Below are positions 50,768-61,154 of a stretch of DNA of 64,000 nucleotides, one piece after another. The notes under the pieces were generated by a model. The model made no database searches and was not told the DNA's origin. It was given only the letters and a program-made list of their open reading frames with translations. The position numbers and the translations under genes were made by a program. The stretch comes from Candidatus Bathyarchaeota archaeon. GTDB taxonomy: Archaea > Thermoproteota > Bathyarchaeia > Bathyarchaeales > Bathycorpusculaceae. The stretch covers positions 1-64,000 of the forward strand of contig CAVYRJ010000014.1 in assembly GCA_963770935.1 (NCBI GenBank). The letters run 5' to 3'. The stretch's first letter is position 1, and each line of letters starts with the position of its first letter.

Positions 50768-52021
50768 TTAGCGTATTTTTAGATCAGCCATTTTGGCTCT
50801 GTTACCAAGGAAATGCTCAATTCGGATGAGCTCATTTAGTTTGGCTATTCGTGCGCCTTCAACAACGCCTGTTTTGACAAGGGGGCACTTGTATGCTACA
50901 GCCAAATGAGCGATGTGCCAATCGCACGTGTCGCCGGAACGGTGGGACACAACAGCATCGTAACCGTGACGTTGGGCGGTTTCGATTGTTTCAGTTGCAT
51001 CGGTTAAGGTGCCTATCTGGTTGACTTTGATGATGATAGCGTTTCCAGCGTTAATCTTAATTCCATTATTTAACCTTTCAGTATTAGTTGTGAACAAATC
51101 GTCTCCGCAAATTAAACAATTCTTAGCTTTGCGGGTCAATTCAGCGAAACTGTCAAAGTCATCTTCATTGAAGGGGTCTTCGACATAGGCAAGATGGTAC
51201 TTTTCGATCAATTCCAGCATATACTCAAGCTGCTCGGCAGTGTCTCGTTTCTTTCCTTCACATTCATAAATGTACTTTTCTTCTTTTGACTTCCAAAATG
51301 AGGAAGCAGCTACGTCTAAGCCAAAACCGCACTCAAAATCCAGTTCGTTGCCGACTTCTTCACAGGCTTTCGCCATAAGCTCAAATGCGTCCACAGTGTC
51401 GATGTTAGCGATCCATGCGCCTTCATCACTTTTTCCCCCATTAAAAGTAGTGCTTTTCTTTTTGAGCAAGTCGCCGATTTTCTTGTGAATTTGTGTGTTT
51501 GCAGTCTGGGCTTCAAGAAAACTTTCTGCACCATGAGGGAGCGCAAGGTACTCTTGAATGTCAGGTGCTTTACCACGGGCATGTGCTCCGCCGCTTATGC
51601 AGTTGCCCAATGGATAAGGCAGGGTGTTTGCGGCGTTTCCGCCGAGAAATTGGAATAAGAGCAAACTATGAGAGTTTGCTGCGGCTTCAGCGTTGGCAAG
51701 GCTGATTGCAAACGCGGTGTTTCCGCCGATGTTCTTGAAGTCGGTAGTGCCGTCTATTTCGTGGAGGGTGTTGTCGATCTCTTCCTGGAAATCAGCGTTG
51801 AGCCCGGCAAGTTCAGGTGCAATTAAGTCGTCAACTTTTTTGATGGCTGCTTCCACACCACCCTGAGGATAATATTCCACCTCAGCTTTTCCGCGGCTTT
51901 TCCCTGCTGGAGCAGCAGCTCTTCCGAACCCGGAAGCAGTGATTACATCGACCTCTATGGTTTCTTCTCCACGATTGTTGAAAATTTTTCTAGCAATGAG
52001 GTCTTCAATGATGGATGACAC
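50768..52021 (-). CDS. eno: enolase
   Basis: SGGAHA, IQEY, SDEG, GLDVAAS, EDPF, GDDLF, IKVNQIGTL, SHRSG. Confidence 0.95.
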   Translation of the reverse strand: MSSIIEDLIARKIFNNRGEETIEVDVITASGFGRAAAPAGKSRGKAEVEYYPQGGVEAAIKKVDDLIAPELAGLNADFQEEIDNTLHEIDGTTDFKNIGGNTAFAISLANAEAAANSHSLLLFQFLGGNAANTLPYPLGNCISGGAHARGKAPDIQEYLALPHGAESFLEAQTANTQIHKKIGDLLKKKSTTFNGGKSDEGAWIANIDTVDAFELMAKACEEVGNELDFECGFGLDVAASSFWKSKEEKYIYECEGKKRDTAEQLEYMLELIEKYHLAYVEDPFNEDDFDSFAELTRKAKNCLICGDDLFTTNTERLNNGIKINAGNAIIIKVNQIGTLTDATETIETAQRHGYDAVVSHRSGDTCDWHIAHLAVAYKCPLVKTGVVEGARIAKLNELIRIEHFLGNRAKMADLKIR

Positions 52022-52316
52022 GCAGTGAACCTCAAGTGGCTATACTTTTGTTACGCACTTATTTTAGGTTTCGGAAAACCAAACTGAACGTTTCGGCGCT
52101 TGAGGAAGATCTTTTGGGATTGGTTTATTAAAGTTTAATGACCTGTTGAAGTGGAATTATTTTTTTAGCATGTATTTGGCTATTTTAAGGTCCGCAAACC
52201 TCTGCAAATATTACTATTTTATGTCAGAAATGATTTTAGCAACTGGTTGACTTCGATTTGGTGAAAGAATGTTTTTATTTTGTTTGTGTAATAGCTTTCT
52301 TTCAAGGTGTAATTTA

Positions 52317-53261
52317 ATGGGTAAAGGTTCAGGGTATGGAAAAGTAATCTTGTTTGGCGAACACTTCGTTGTTCACGGTGTCCCAGGCATTGTTTCAGCT
52401 ATAGATTCCACTACTGATGCAGAAGTAAAAAAAGCGCAGAACGGAATCAACGTTAAAGACGAGCGGAAAACCTCAAAGGGCTACAGCGACGAAAAACGAC
52501 TTCAGCAACTCGAGTCTATCGAGAGAATGCTGAAAGCCATGGGCATAGACCCCAAAATTGCGCTGGATATTTGGGTAGGTGGAACCCTTCCAGGTTTCAG
52601 TGGACTTGGTGCTTCAGCTGCAAGCAGCGTCGCCATCGCACGAGCCATAGCCCAAGAGCTGGGCATGAAAATTTCTAACGAAAAAATTAATCAAGTTGCT
52701 TATGAAGGTGAGAAAGCCTACGCCGGCAACCCTTCAGGTATCGACAACACTGCAGCAACATATGGCGGACTTATGTGGTTTAAGAAAAACATGGGTGGCG
52801 GACCCGACAAAGTCGAGCCCCTAAGCATTAAAGATCCTGTGGAAATCGTCATCGGAAGCACGGGCAAAGTTGCTAACACCAAAGCGATGGTCGAAGGGGT
52901 AGCCGAACGCAAAAACAAAAACCCACAAAAATACAATCCAATCTTCAAACGAGCAGAAGAACTAGCTTACGAGGGCAGAGCAGCACTGGAATTCTTCAAC
53001 CTAAAAAAAATCGGTGACCTCATGAACGAAAACCACCACCTACTTCAGGAAATCGAGGTTTCAAGCAAAGAACTCGACCTGCTTGTTAACCTTGCGAGAA
53101 AACAGGGCGCTTTTGGCGCTAAACTCACAGGCGGGGGAGGTGGAGGTTGCATTGTCGCTTTGACCCCAGGCAAAGAGTTGCAGAGCAAAGTTGCAGACGC
53201 AATAAAGAACTTAGGCTTTGAAGTATTAAGCACAAAAATTGGGGTCGTAACTCGAAACTAA
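52317..53261 (+). CDS. mvk: mevalonate kinase
   Basis: GKVILFGEHFVVHG, SGLGASAA, PSGIDN, GAKLTGGGGGG; ATG at 52317 after AGGTG. Confidence 0.92.
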   Translation: MGKGSGYGKVILFGEHFVVHGVPGIVSAIDSTTDAEVKKAQNGINVKDERKTSKGYSDEKRLQQLESIERMLKAMGIDPKIALDIWVGGTLPGFSGLGASAASSVAIARAIAQELGMKISNEKINQVAYEGEKAYAGNPSGIDNTAATYGGLMWFKKNMGGGPDKVEPLSIKDPVEIVIGSTGKVANTKAMVEGVAERKNKNPQKYNPIFKRAEELAYEGRAALEFFNLKKIGDLMNENHHLLQEIEVSSKELDLLVNLARKQGAFGAKLTGGGGGGCIVALTPGKELQSKVADAIKNLGFEVLSTKIGVVTRN

Positions 53262-53389
53262 AATGGTTAAAAAACCCATTTTTACTCTAACCGATTATTT
53301 TGTTTTCCCGCATAAAAATTGGGTGTTAATCATTTTGCGATTCTTTTATAAAGAGAAAAATACAGGTATTTGAAATAGGCGAATGCAAC

Positions 53390-54700
53390 ATGGGCTTAAG
53401 AGATTTCATTGAGCAATTAAACAAAAACGGCGAACTAACCAGAATAGCGAAGCATGTTTCCACAGAGTACGAGATTGCTGGAATAATCAATGCTCTTGGC
53501 GAGAAACCAGTTTACTTTGAGAAAATAAAAGAATCCTCTTACCCCGTTGTTGCTGGGCTTGTCTCCTCGAAAGATTTGATTTCGCGGTCACTTGGCATAA
53601 GCAAAGACCAGCTCTTGCCAAAACTGTTAGCCGCCATCGACCACCCAGTTTCCGCAAACCTTGTACAGAAGGGCGCGTGCCAAGAAGTAGTGGAGACCAA
53701 CGTTGACTTAACCAAACTTCCAATAATGCATTACACTGAAAAAGACGGTGGAGATTACATTGCTTCAGCCGTGTCCATTGTTAAAGACCCCGAGTTTGGA
53801 CGCAACATGTGCTTCCACCGCCTGATGCTTCTTGACAAAAACCGTTTTGTTGCCCGAATAGTCGAGAACCGTGGTACTGATACGGCGCTCAAAAAAGCCG
53901 GCGGAGAACTTGACATCGCCATATGCATAGGCAACTCCACTGCGGTTCTGCTTTCGGCGGCTACAACATTGCCGATGGGCACCGATGAGTTAGGAATGGC
54001 AAACGCCTTAGAAAAAACTGAGCTTGTCAAATGCAAAACCGTAGACCTTGAGGTTCCAGCTGACTGCGAATTTGTGCTGGAAGGCAGAATAACAAAGGAA
54101 AAAGCCTCAGAAGGTCCCTTCCTCGACTTAACAGGCATCGTTGACCGCGTAAGACAGCAACCAATCGTTGAAATAAAATGCATAACCCACCGCAAAAACC
54201 CAATTTACCAAACTATCCTTGCAGGCAGAAACGAGCACAAGTTTCTAATGGGCATGCCAAAAGAACCAACCATTTACAGCGAAGTCAACAAAGTCTGCCA
54301 ATGCAAAGATGTCTACATTACGCCGGGCGGATGCAGCTGGCTTCATGCGGTTGTGCAAATCAAAAAGCAGAATGCTGATGACGGCAAAAAAGCAATCAAT
54401 GCCACGTTCGAAGGGCACAAATCTCTAAAGCACTGCGTAATCGTGGACGAGGACATCAATATCTATGACCCCGATGACGTGGAATGGGCAATTGCCACAC
54501 GTTTCCAAGCCGACAAAAACAGCGTCATCCTCTCGAACCAGCCTGGTTCGTCACTGGATCCCTCGGGCGACCTCTCAGAAGGCAAAAAAGCCACCACCGC
54601 CAAAGCAGGCTTAGACGCCACGGCGCCGATGGTTACGACGGGAAAAGGCTTTAGAAAAGTTGATTACATCAAAGTTGACCTAAACAAGTACCTGGGATAA
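53390..54700 (+). CDS. UbiD-family decarboxylase, probable anhydromevalonate-phosphate decarboxylase
   Basis: HR, EGPFLDLTG, GGCSWLH, VDEDI..VEWAIATRFQ, SSLDPS; position between mvk and AcnX genes. Confidence 0.85.
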   Translation: MGLRDFIEQLNKNGELTRIAKHVSTEYEIAGIINALGEKPVYFEKIKESSYPVVAGLVSSKDLISRSLGISKDQLLPKLLAAIDHPVSANLVQKGACQEVVETNVDLTKLPIMHYTEKDGGDYIASAVSIVKDPEFGRNMCFHRLMLLDKNRFVARIVENRGTDTALKKAGGELDIAICIGNSTAVLLSAATTLPMGTDELGMANALEKTELVKCKTVDLEVPADCEFVLEGRITKEKASEGPFLDLTGIVDRVRQQPIVEIKCITHRKNPIYQTILAGRNEHKFLMGMPKEPTIYSEVNKVCQCKDVYITPGGCSWLHAVVQIKKQNADDGKKAINATFEGHKSLKHCVIVDEDINIYDPDDVEWAIATRFQADKNSVILSNQPGSSLDPSGDLSEGKKATTAKAGLDATAPMVTTGKGFRKVDYIKVDLNKYLG

Positions 54701-54702
54701 CC

Positions 54703-55902
54703 ATGGAACTGACTAAGCAAGAACAGGATATGCTGGATGGCAAAGAAGGTTATGCTGTCCGTAAAAGTATGGAAATCCTAACTGCACTCGGTGACATTTT
54801 CGGAGCAAAGAGCCTAATCAAAGTAGGCAGTGTCCAAGTAGCAGGAGTATCCTATCACAACCTAGGCGACGCAGGACTTGAATTTCTAAATGAATTGGCG
54901 GTTGATGGCAGAGTAAAAGTTCTCACTACATTAAATCCCGCTGGGATGGATTTGGAGAATTGGCAGCAACTCGGCATAAGCCCCGAATTCGCAGAAAAAC
55001 AAAACCTAGTAATCGACGCCTTTAAACGCATGGGCATACTCATCAGCTGCACCTGCACACCCTACCTTATCGGCAACTTGCCGCTTTATGGCGAGCACCT
55101 TGCATGGTCAGAAAGCAGTGCAGTCACTTTTGCCAACTCGGTTTTGGGCGCAAAAACTAACCGTGAAGGGGGACCATCAGCATTGGCAGCCGCATTCGTC
55201 GGAAAAACTCCCTGCTACGGGTTGCACCTTGATAAGAACAGAGTGCCTGATATACATGTTCAAGTTAACGCAGAATTAACCAAACTTTCCGATTGGGGCG
55301 CACTGGGCTACGCGATTGGCAAAAAAGCAGAGAACAAGATCCCATACATCACAGGCATTAAAGCGGCTGACCTTGACGATCTCAAGTCTTTCTGCGCTTC
55401 CGTAGTAACTTATGGTGCAAAACCTCTTTTCTACATGAAGGGCGTAACACCTGGAGCCGAACAACAACCGCAACTTAATGAAAAAGTAATCATTGAGCAA
55501 AGTGACCTCAAAAATGCCTACGACAACATCAACGACGACATAAATAATATTGAACTGGTTTGTGTGGGCTGTCCGCATTGTTCTATTAAGGAAATCTCTG
55601 AAATCGCTGATTTAGTCAAAGGCAAACAGGTGGCACAGGGCACGGAGTTTTGGGTCGCCACATCTCGAACCGCTAAACAACTTGCGGATAAACGCGGCTA
55701 CACAACAACTATTGAGGCAGCTGGGGGCAAATTCGCCTGCGACACCTGCATGGCAGTAGCTCCCTTAAAAGGTAGATTCAAAACTTTAGCCACAACGTCT
55801 GCGAAGGGATGTTTCTATTCAAGGCAGAATCTTATGAAAACCAAGATGGGCAGCATAGAAGAATGCGTACAAGCAGCGGTGACTGGAAAATGGAACAATT
55901 AA
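54703..55902 (+). CDS. aconitase X catalytic subunit (phosphomevalonate dehydratase large subunit)
   Basis: TTLNPAG, CTCTPY, AWSESSA, ANSVLGAKTNREGGPSAL, GCPH, DTC. Confidence 0.9.
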   Translation: MELTKQEQDMLDGKEGYAVRKSMEILTALGDIFGAKSLIKVGSVQVAGVSYHNLGDAGLEFLNELAVDGRVKVLTTLNPAGMDLENWQQLGISPEFAEKQNLVIDAFKRMGILISCTCTPYLIGNLPLYGEHLAWSESSAVTFANSVLGAKTNREGGPSALAAAFVGKTPCYGLHLDKNRVPDIHVQVNAELTKLSDWGALGYAIGKKAENKIPYITGIKAADLDDLKSFCASVVTYGAKPLFYMKGVTPGAEQQPQLNEKVIIEQSDLKNAYDNINDDINNIELVCVGCPHCSIKEISEIADLVKGKQVAQGTEFWVATSRTAKQLADKRGYTTTIEAAGGKFACDTCMAVAPLKGRFKTLATTSAKGCFYSRQNLMKTKMGSIEECVQAAVTGKWNN

Positions 55903-56276
55903 AAGGCAGAATAATCTACAAAGGCAAAGCGCAGGGCGAAGCCTTGGTAACTTCGATGCCAATTTCGTTTTATGGTGGCGTGGATCCCAACACAGGAGTC
56001 GTCCTAGAAAAAGGACACGATCTCCAAGGCATAAGCGTCAAAGGCAAAATCCTCGTCTTTCCCCAAGGCAAAGGCAGCACAGTCGGAAGCTACACACTCT
56101 ACCGCATGAAAAAGAACAACACCGCACCCGCCGCCATGATAAACAAAGAAACCGAAACCATAATCGCCGTCGGCGCCATCATCAGCGAAATCCCAACCAT
56201 AGACAAAATCGACGTGTCAAAGATTAAAACCGGCAATAAAGTCAGCATAGAAAACGATACCATCACCCTTTTTTAG
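55890..56276 (+). CDS. aconitase X swivel subunit DUF126 (phosphomevalonate dehydratase small subunit)
   Basis: ISFYGGVDP.TG, GKILVFP.GKGSTVGSY; ATG at 55890. Confidence 0.9.
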   Translation: MEQLKGRIIYKGKAQGEALVTSMPISFYGGVDPNTGVVLEKGHDLQGISVKGKILVFPQGKGSTVGSYTLYRMKKNNTAPAAMINKETETIIAVGAIISEIPTIDKIDVSKIKTGNKVSIENDTITLF

Positions 56277-56397
56277 GGCTTTTTTCTTTTCACGGACAAT
56301 TTTTAAGTATCCTCATGGACCAGTCTGATATAGGCAGAGAAAAACTGCAACGTTAAATTAGCCGAACTCAAATAGACATAGTCAGGTTACGATTACA

Positions 56398-57201
56398 ATG
56401 AACGATTCAAGACCTATAATCCTAAAGATCGGCGGCTCAGCTATCACTGACAAAACCGGAGAGTTAGCTGCAAAAACCGAAATCATAAACCGCTTAGCTG
56501 AAGAAATCAAGCGAGCAGACCTAGACAACCTCATCGTTGTTCATGGAGGCGGCAGCTTTGGTCATCCGACAGCAGAAAAATATGGCATAAAAAACGGCTA
56601 CAACGAAGACCCAACACAGAAATTAGGCTTTGCTGAAACCCACCATGTCATGACAGTGCTTAATGGCTTGGTTATGGATGCTTTGATTTGGCATGAAATC
56701 GCTGCCGTAAGCATCGCGCCATCTTCCTGTTTCTTGACTGAGAACGGCAAAATAAATTTCTTCAACGAAACCGTCCTTAAATCCATGCAAAAAATGGCAT
56801 TCACACCAGTCATGTATGGCGACGCAGTTTTAGATGAAAAGTTGGGCTTCACAATCCTCTCAGGAGACCAGCTTGTAGCTTACTTAGCCATAAAATACAA
56901 CGCGTCAAAAATCGTCGTCGGCACTGACACCGATGGCTTATTTGACGCAGATCCAAAAACCAACCCAGATGCAAAACCCTACAAAAAACTAACTTTAGCT
57001 GAGCTCAAAGCAATTCAGCCAAAACTTGGTAAATCCCAAGGTAAAGATGTTACAGGCGGCATGGCAGGCAAAATAGCCGCATTAATCCCGGCAATCGAAC
57101 AGGGAATACATGTAACAGTTACGGGAGCCACAAAAGGGTTATCTATTTACAGAGCCTTAACAGACCAAAGTGTGTTAGGCACTGAAATAGAGAAGACCTA
57201 A
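56398..57201 (+). CDS. ipk: isopentenyl phosphate kinase
   Basis: LKIGGSAITDK, VHGGGSFGH, GD..SGD, DVTGGMAGK. Confidence 0.93.
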   Translation: MNDSRPIILKIGGSAITDKTGELAAKTEIINRLAEEIKRADLDNLIVVHGGGSFGHPTAEKYGIKNGYNEDPTQKLGFAETHHVMTVLNGLVMDALIWHEIAAVSIAPSSCFLTENGKINFFNETVLKSMQKMAFTPVMYGDAVLDEKLGFTILSGDQLVAYLAIKYNASKIVVGTDTDGLFDADPKTNPDAKPYKKLTLAELKAIQPKLGKSQGKDVTGGMAGKIAALIPAIEQGIHVTVTGATKGLSIYRALTDQSVLGTEIEKT

Positions 57202-57202
57202 G

Positions 57203-58299
57203 ATGGCTGAAAAAACCGGCAAACGTAAAGTAGACCACATACGCATTTGCTTAGACCAAAAAGCTCAAGCCAGAAACGTTACCGCAGGTTTCGAGGACAT
57301 CCAACTGGTTCATCGTGCACTGCCTGAAATTAACAAATCCAAAATCAACCTTTCAACCACTTTCTTAGGTAAAAAATTCAAAGCGCCAATTATTGTAGGT
57401 GCAATGACTGGGGGGGCGGAGGAAGCAACCTCCATTAACGCTTCGATAGCTGAAGCAGTGGAGAAGCTTGGGTTAGGCATGGGTTTAGGTAGCCAGAGAG
57501 CCGCCATCGAAAACAAAAGCCTTGAAAAAACCTACAGGATCGCACGGGAAAAAGCCCCAAACGCATTCTTAATAGCCAATGTCGGCGGAGTTCAGCTGGT
57601 GCATGGCTACGGCATCAAAGAAGTAAAAAAAATTGTAGAAATGATTGACGCGAACGCCGTCGCAGTTCATCTTAACGCATTGCAGGAAGTTGTGCAGCCT
57701 GAGGGACAAACCAACTTTCAAGGTGTCCTATCCAAGATCGGCGAAATCGCGGGAGAACTTGATGTGCCAGTCATCGTAAAAGAAACTGGGGCAGGAATCT
57801 CCTCAGAAGACGCAAAAGCGCTTGAGACTAGGCAGGCGTTAAAGCCATCGATGTCGGGGGAGTTGGCGGAACCAGCTTTGCAGCAGTAGAATACTACCGC
57901 TCAACCCAACAAAAAGATATTTACTTAGGCGAGGCTTTCTGGGATTGGGGCATACCCACCGCGGTGAGTCTTGTCGAGAATGCGCAGACTGTAAAGTTGC
58001 CCTTGATTGCTTCAGGCGGTATACGAAGCGGCACGGACATTGCCAAAGCTTTAGCTCTTGGTGCAAGCTTAGCCAGTGTATCCCAGCCCATTCTTGAAAC
58101 GGCAGTTAAAGGCGTCAAAGAAACCGAGGAAAAACTGTCCTGCCTAATCGAGGAACTACGCAACGTCATGTTCCTTGTAGGCGCAGAAAAACTAAACGAT
58201 TTAACCAAATCTCCTGTAGTGATAACTGGAAAAACCGCTCAGTGGCTGCAAGCCCGCAGATTCAACTTAGAAAAATACGCTAAAAGAGGCGCACGTTAA
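57203..58299 (+). CDS. fni: type 2 isopentenyl-diphosphate isomerase (frameshift near 57830)
   Basis: RKVDHI, AMTGG, GSQR, HLNALQE.VQPEG, KETG; other frame continues AGVKAIDVGGVGGTSF, WGIPT, ASGGIRSG. Confidence 0.92.
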
Positions 58300-58300
58300 C

Positions 58301-59371
58301 TTGGACATCGAAAAATACCTCGAAGAAACCGCCCCATTAATCGACAAAACCATCGAAAAATACCTACCACGCAAGTTCAGCAAGGACGCGGTACTCTTTA
58401 AGGTCACTCCGCCCATTTACAGCTACACGCTTGAGCCTATGAACAAGGCGGTAGCGGACCCCATCTGGGACATGTTGGACCGAGGCGGAAAACGTTGGCG
58501 ACCGGCTCTGTTCCTTTTGATTTGTGAAGCACTGGGCAAAAAAGCCGAAAACTGTTTAGACTTCTCAATTATTCCCGAAGTTATCCATAACGGCACCTTA
58601 GTCATCGACGACATTGAAGACTCCTCCGAAATGCGCCGCGGGAAGCCTTGCACCCATAAGATTTTTCAAATGGACATCTCCATTAACGCTGGAAACGCCA
58701 TGTATTACTTGCCACTTTTGCCCTTAATGGTGCAAAGAGAGAAGCTTTCTCCTGAGGTGCAACGGGACTTTTACGAGGTTTATGTTCAGGAAATGATTAA
58801 CCTAAGCATGGGCCAAGCAATGGACATTGCATGGCACAAGGGTATAGCTAACGCAGACGCCCTTGGTGAAGACGATTATTTGCAGATGTGTGCCTACAAA
58901 ACAGGCACCCTAGCCCGCATGGCGGCAAAAATGGCAGCAGTTCTCGCAGACGCCCCGAAGCCTCTTGTTGAAAAGCTTGGTCGTTTCGCCGAAAGTATCG
59001 GCGTTGCCTTCCAGATGCAGGACGACATCTTGGATTTGACGGGGCAAGAGTTTGCCAAAAAGAAGGGTGGCGTCGGACAAGACATCACTGAAGGCAAACG
59101 TTCCCTAATGGCTATTTACACTCTCAAAAAAGCCAACAGCAAAGACAAAAAGCGGCTAGTTGAGATTCTCAATATGCACACCTCCGACCAGAAACTCCGA
59201 GACGAAGCCATCGCACTCATGCAGAAATATGGTGCCATGGAACACGTCAAACAAACCGCGGAACGGATGGTTATGGAAAGCTGGAGTGAAACAGAAAAGC
59301 TTTTACCCACTCCCCAAGCTAAGGAAAAATTAAAAGCGTTCGCTGAATTCTTGATTAAACGAAACAAGTAA
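58301..59371 (+). CDS. polyprenyl (probably geranylgeranyl) diphosphate synthase
   Basis: GGKRWRP, VIDDIEDSSEMRRG, GQAMD, YKTG, FQMQDDILD, DITEGK. Confidence 0.9.
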   Translation: MDIEKYLEETAPLIDKTIEKYLPRKFSKDAVLFKVTPPIYSYTLEPMNKAVADPIWDMLDRGGKRWRPALFLLICEALGKKAENCLDFSIIPEVIHNGTLVIDDIEDSSEMRRGKPCTHKIFQMDISINAGNAMYYLPLLPLMVQREKLSPEVQRDFYEVYVQEMINLSMGQAMDIAWHKGIANADALGEDDYLQMCAYKTGTLARMAAKMAAVLADAPKPLVEKLGRFAESIGVAFQMQDDILDLTGQEFAKKKGGVGQDITEGKRSLMAIYTLKKANSKDKKRLVEILNMHTSDQKLRDEAIALMQKYGAMEHVKQTAERMVMESWSETEKLLPTPQAKEKLKAFAEFLIKRNK

Positions 59372-59392
59372 CACTGAGCGAGCGTAAATGAT

Positions 59393-61144
59393 TTGGCGTT
59401 AGAAAACGATATTGAACTCAGAGAACTTATTCGAAAAGCCGCCTTGCTAAACGCGGTTGGGCATGACGGGAAAGCACAAGATGGCGCAATGGTTGGAAAG
59501 GTTCTTGGAGAAAAACAGGAGCTAAGAAGCCGCGTAAAGGAACTCTCAGGCATAATTAACTCGGTTGTAAATGAAGTTAACAGTCTGTCTCTCTCTGAGC
59601 AGAAAGCTATCGTTGAAGCAAATTGGCCTGAAACCCAGAAAAAGCATGAAGCTGAAGAGAAACGTCTTTCGCCGCTGCCTAACATCGATAAGTATCCTCA
59701 GATAGTAACTCGTTTTTCACCTAACCCTGACTGCGTTTTACACTTGGGTTCAGCAAGAGCCATACTGCTAAGCCACGAATACGCTCGAATATACAACGGT
59801 AAATTCATTCTGCGTTTCGAAGACACAGACCCCAAAATCAAAAAGCCATCCTTAAAATTCTATGACAGCATCAGGCAAGATTTGAAATGGCTGGGCTGCA
59901 AAATCGACGAAGAATACATCCAAAGCGACCGACTCCCCATCTACTACGAGTACACTGAGCGGCTCATTGGGGATGGCAACGCATACGTTTGCGAGTGTGT
60001 GCCTGAAGAGTTCCGCAAAATAACGATAGCTAAGCAAGCATGTCCATGCAGAGCTGTGCCAGCTAATGAACAATTGGAGCGTTGGCATAGCATGTTGAAT
60101 GGAGAATACACAGAAGGGCAAGCTGTAGTTCGCGTGAAAACAGAACTTGAAAACCCAAACCCAGCAGTCCGAGACTGGCCTGCCCTCCGCATCGTCGATA
60201 CAAAGAAATATCCTCATCCACGCGTCGGAAGCAAATATGTAGTTTGGCCTCTCTACAACTTAGCCGCAGGTTTAGACGACCATTTAATGGGTATGACCCA
60301 CATCATTCGTGGCAAAGAACACTACACAAACATGGTCCGTCAAAAATACATGTACGCGCATTTGGGCTGGACCTACCCCGAAGCCATACATTATGGAAGA
60401 CTAAAAATCACAGGTGCCTTCCTCAGCAAATCAAAAATTGTTCAAGGCATAAAAGAAGGTCTGTACACAGGCTATGACGACCCGCGGCTGGGCACTTTTG
60501 CTGCCCTAAGAAAACGCGGAATCACACCCGAAGCCATCAAAAAAATGATAATCGACGTAGGCACAAAATCTAACGACGTCACGTTGAGTTGGGAGAACCT
60601 GTTTTCATACAACCGCAAAATCCTTGATGCCTCAAGCGACAGGTACTTCTTCGTGCCCCAGCCCGTCGAACTTAAGGTTTTGGACGTGCCAAAGACTTTC
60701 CAAGCTAAACTTCCATTGCACCCAGAGAAACCTGACCGCGGATTTAGAGAATATACGGTAACTCCATACGGTGGAGATAAAGTTGTTAGCTTTTGGGTTT
60801 CCCAGAAAGACGCAGAAGCCATGGAGCCAGAAAAAGTTGTAAGGTTTATGGAGCTTTTCAACATTAAAATTAAAAGCAAAACCGAAACTTCCATAACTGC
60901 AACGTTTGCCAGCGAATCCTACGAAGATGTGCGGAAAATCAAAGTCCAACTTATGCAGTGGATACCCAAAGGCACAGAATTCTCAAGCCAAGTAGTGATG
61001 CCTGACGCGTCAGTTGTCGAGGGTTTTGCTGAGGCTGACTGCAAAAAGTTAAAGCCAGACGATATCATACAGTTTGAACGCTTCGGTTTCGTGCGGGTAA
61101 ACGAAGTCGGCGAGAAACTAGTCGCTTACTACACACACAAATAG
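59393..61144 (+). CDS. gltX: glutamyl-tRNA synthetase
   Basis: TRFSPNP..LHLGS, LRFEDTDP, THIIRGK, LSKS, QFERFGF. Confidence 0.97.
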   Translation: MALENDIELRELIRKAALLNAVGHDGKAQDGAMVGKVLGEKQELRSRVKELSGIINSVVNEVNSLSLSEQKAIVEANWPETQKKHEAEEKRLSPLPNIDKYPQIVTRFSPNPDCVLHLGSARAILLSHEYARIYNGKFILRFEDTDPKIKKPSLKFYDSIRQDLKWLGCKIDEEYIQSDRLPIYYEYTERLIGDGNAYVCECVPEEFRKITIAKQACPCRAVPANEQLERWHSMLNGEYTEGQAVVRVKTELENPNPAVRDWPALRIVDTKKYPHPRVGSKYVVWPLYNLAAGLDDHLMGMTHIIRGKEHYTNMVRQKYMYAHLGWTYPEAIHYGRLKITGAFLSKSKIVQGIKEGLYTGYDDPRLGTFAALRKRGITPEAIKKMIIDVGTKSNDVTLSWENLFSYNRKILDASSDRYFFVPQPVELKVLDVPKTFQAKLPLHPEKPDRGFREYTVTPYGGDKVVSFWVSQKDAEAMEPEKVVRFMELFNIKIKSKTETSITATFASESYEDVRKIKVQLMQWIPKGTEFSSQVVMPDASVVEGFAEADCKKLKPDDIIQFERFGFVRVNEVGEKLVAYYTHK

Positions 61145-61154
61145 GTGAAACAAA

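Noticed and set aside
57815-57845. Programmed frameshift or TAG readthrough in fni
   Set aside because: No slippery heptamer, the TAG is not in the upstream coding frame, and similar indels occur throughout the window
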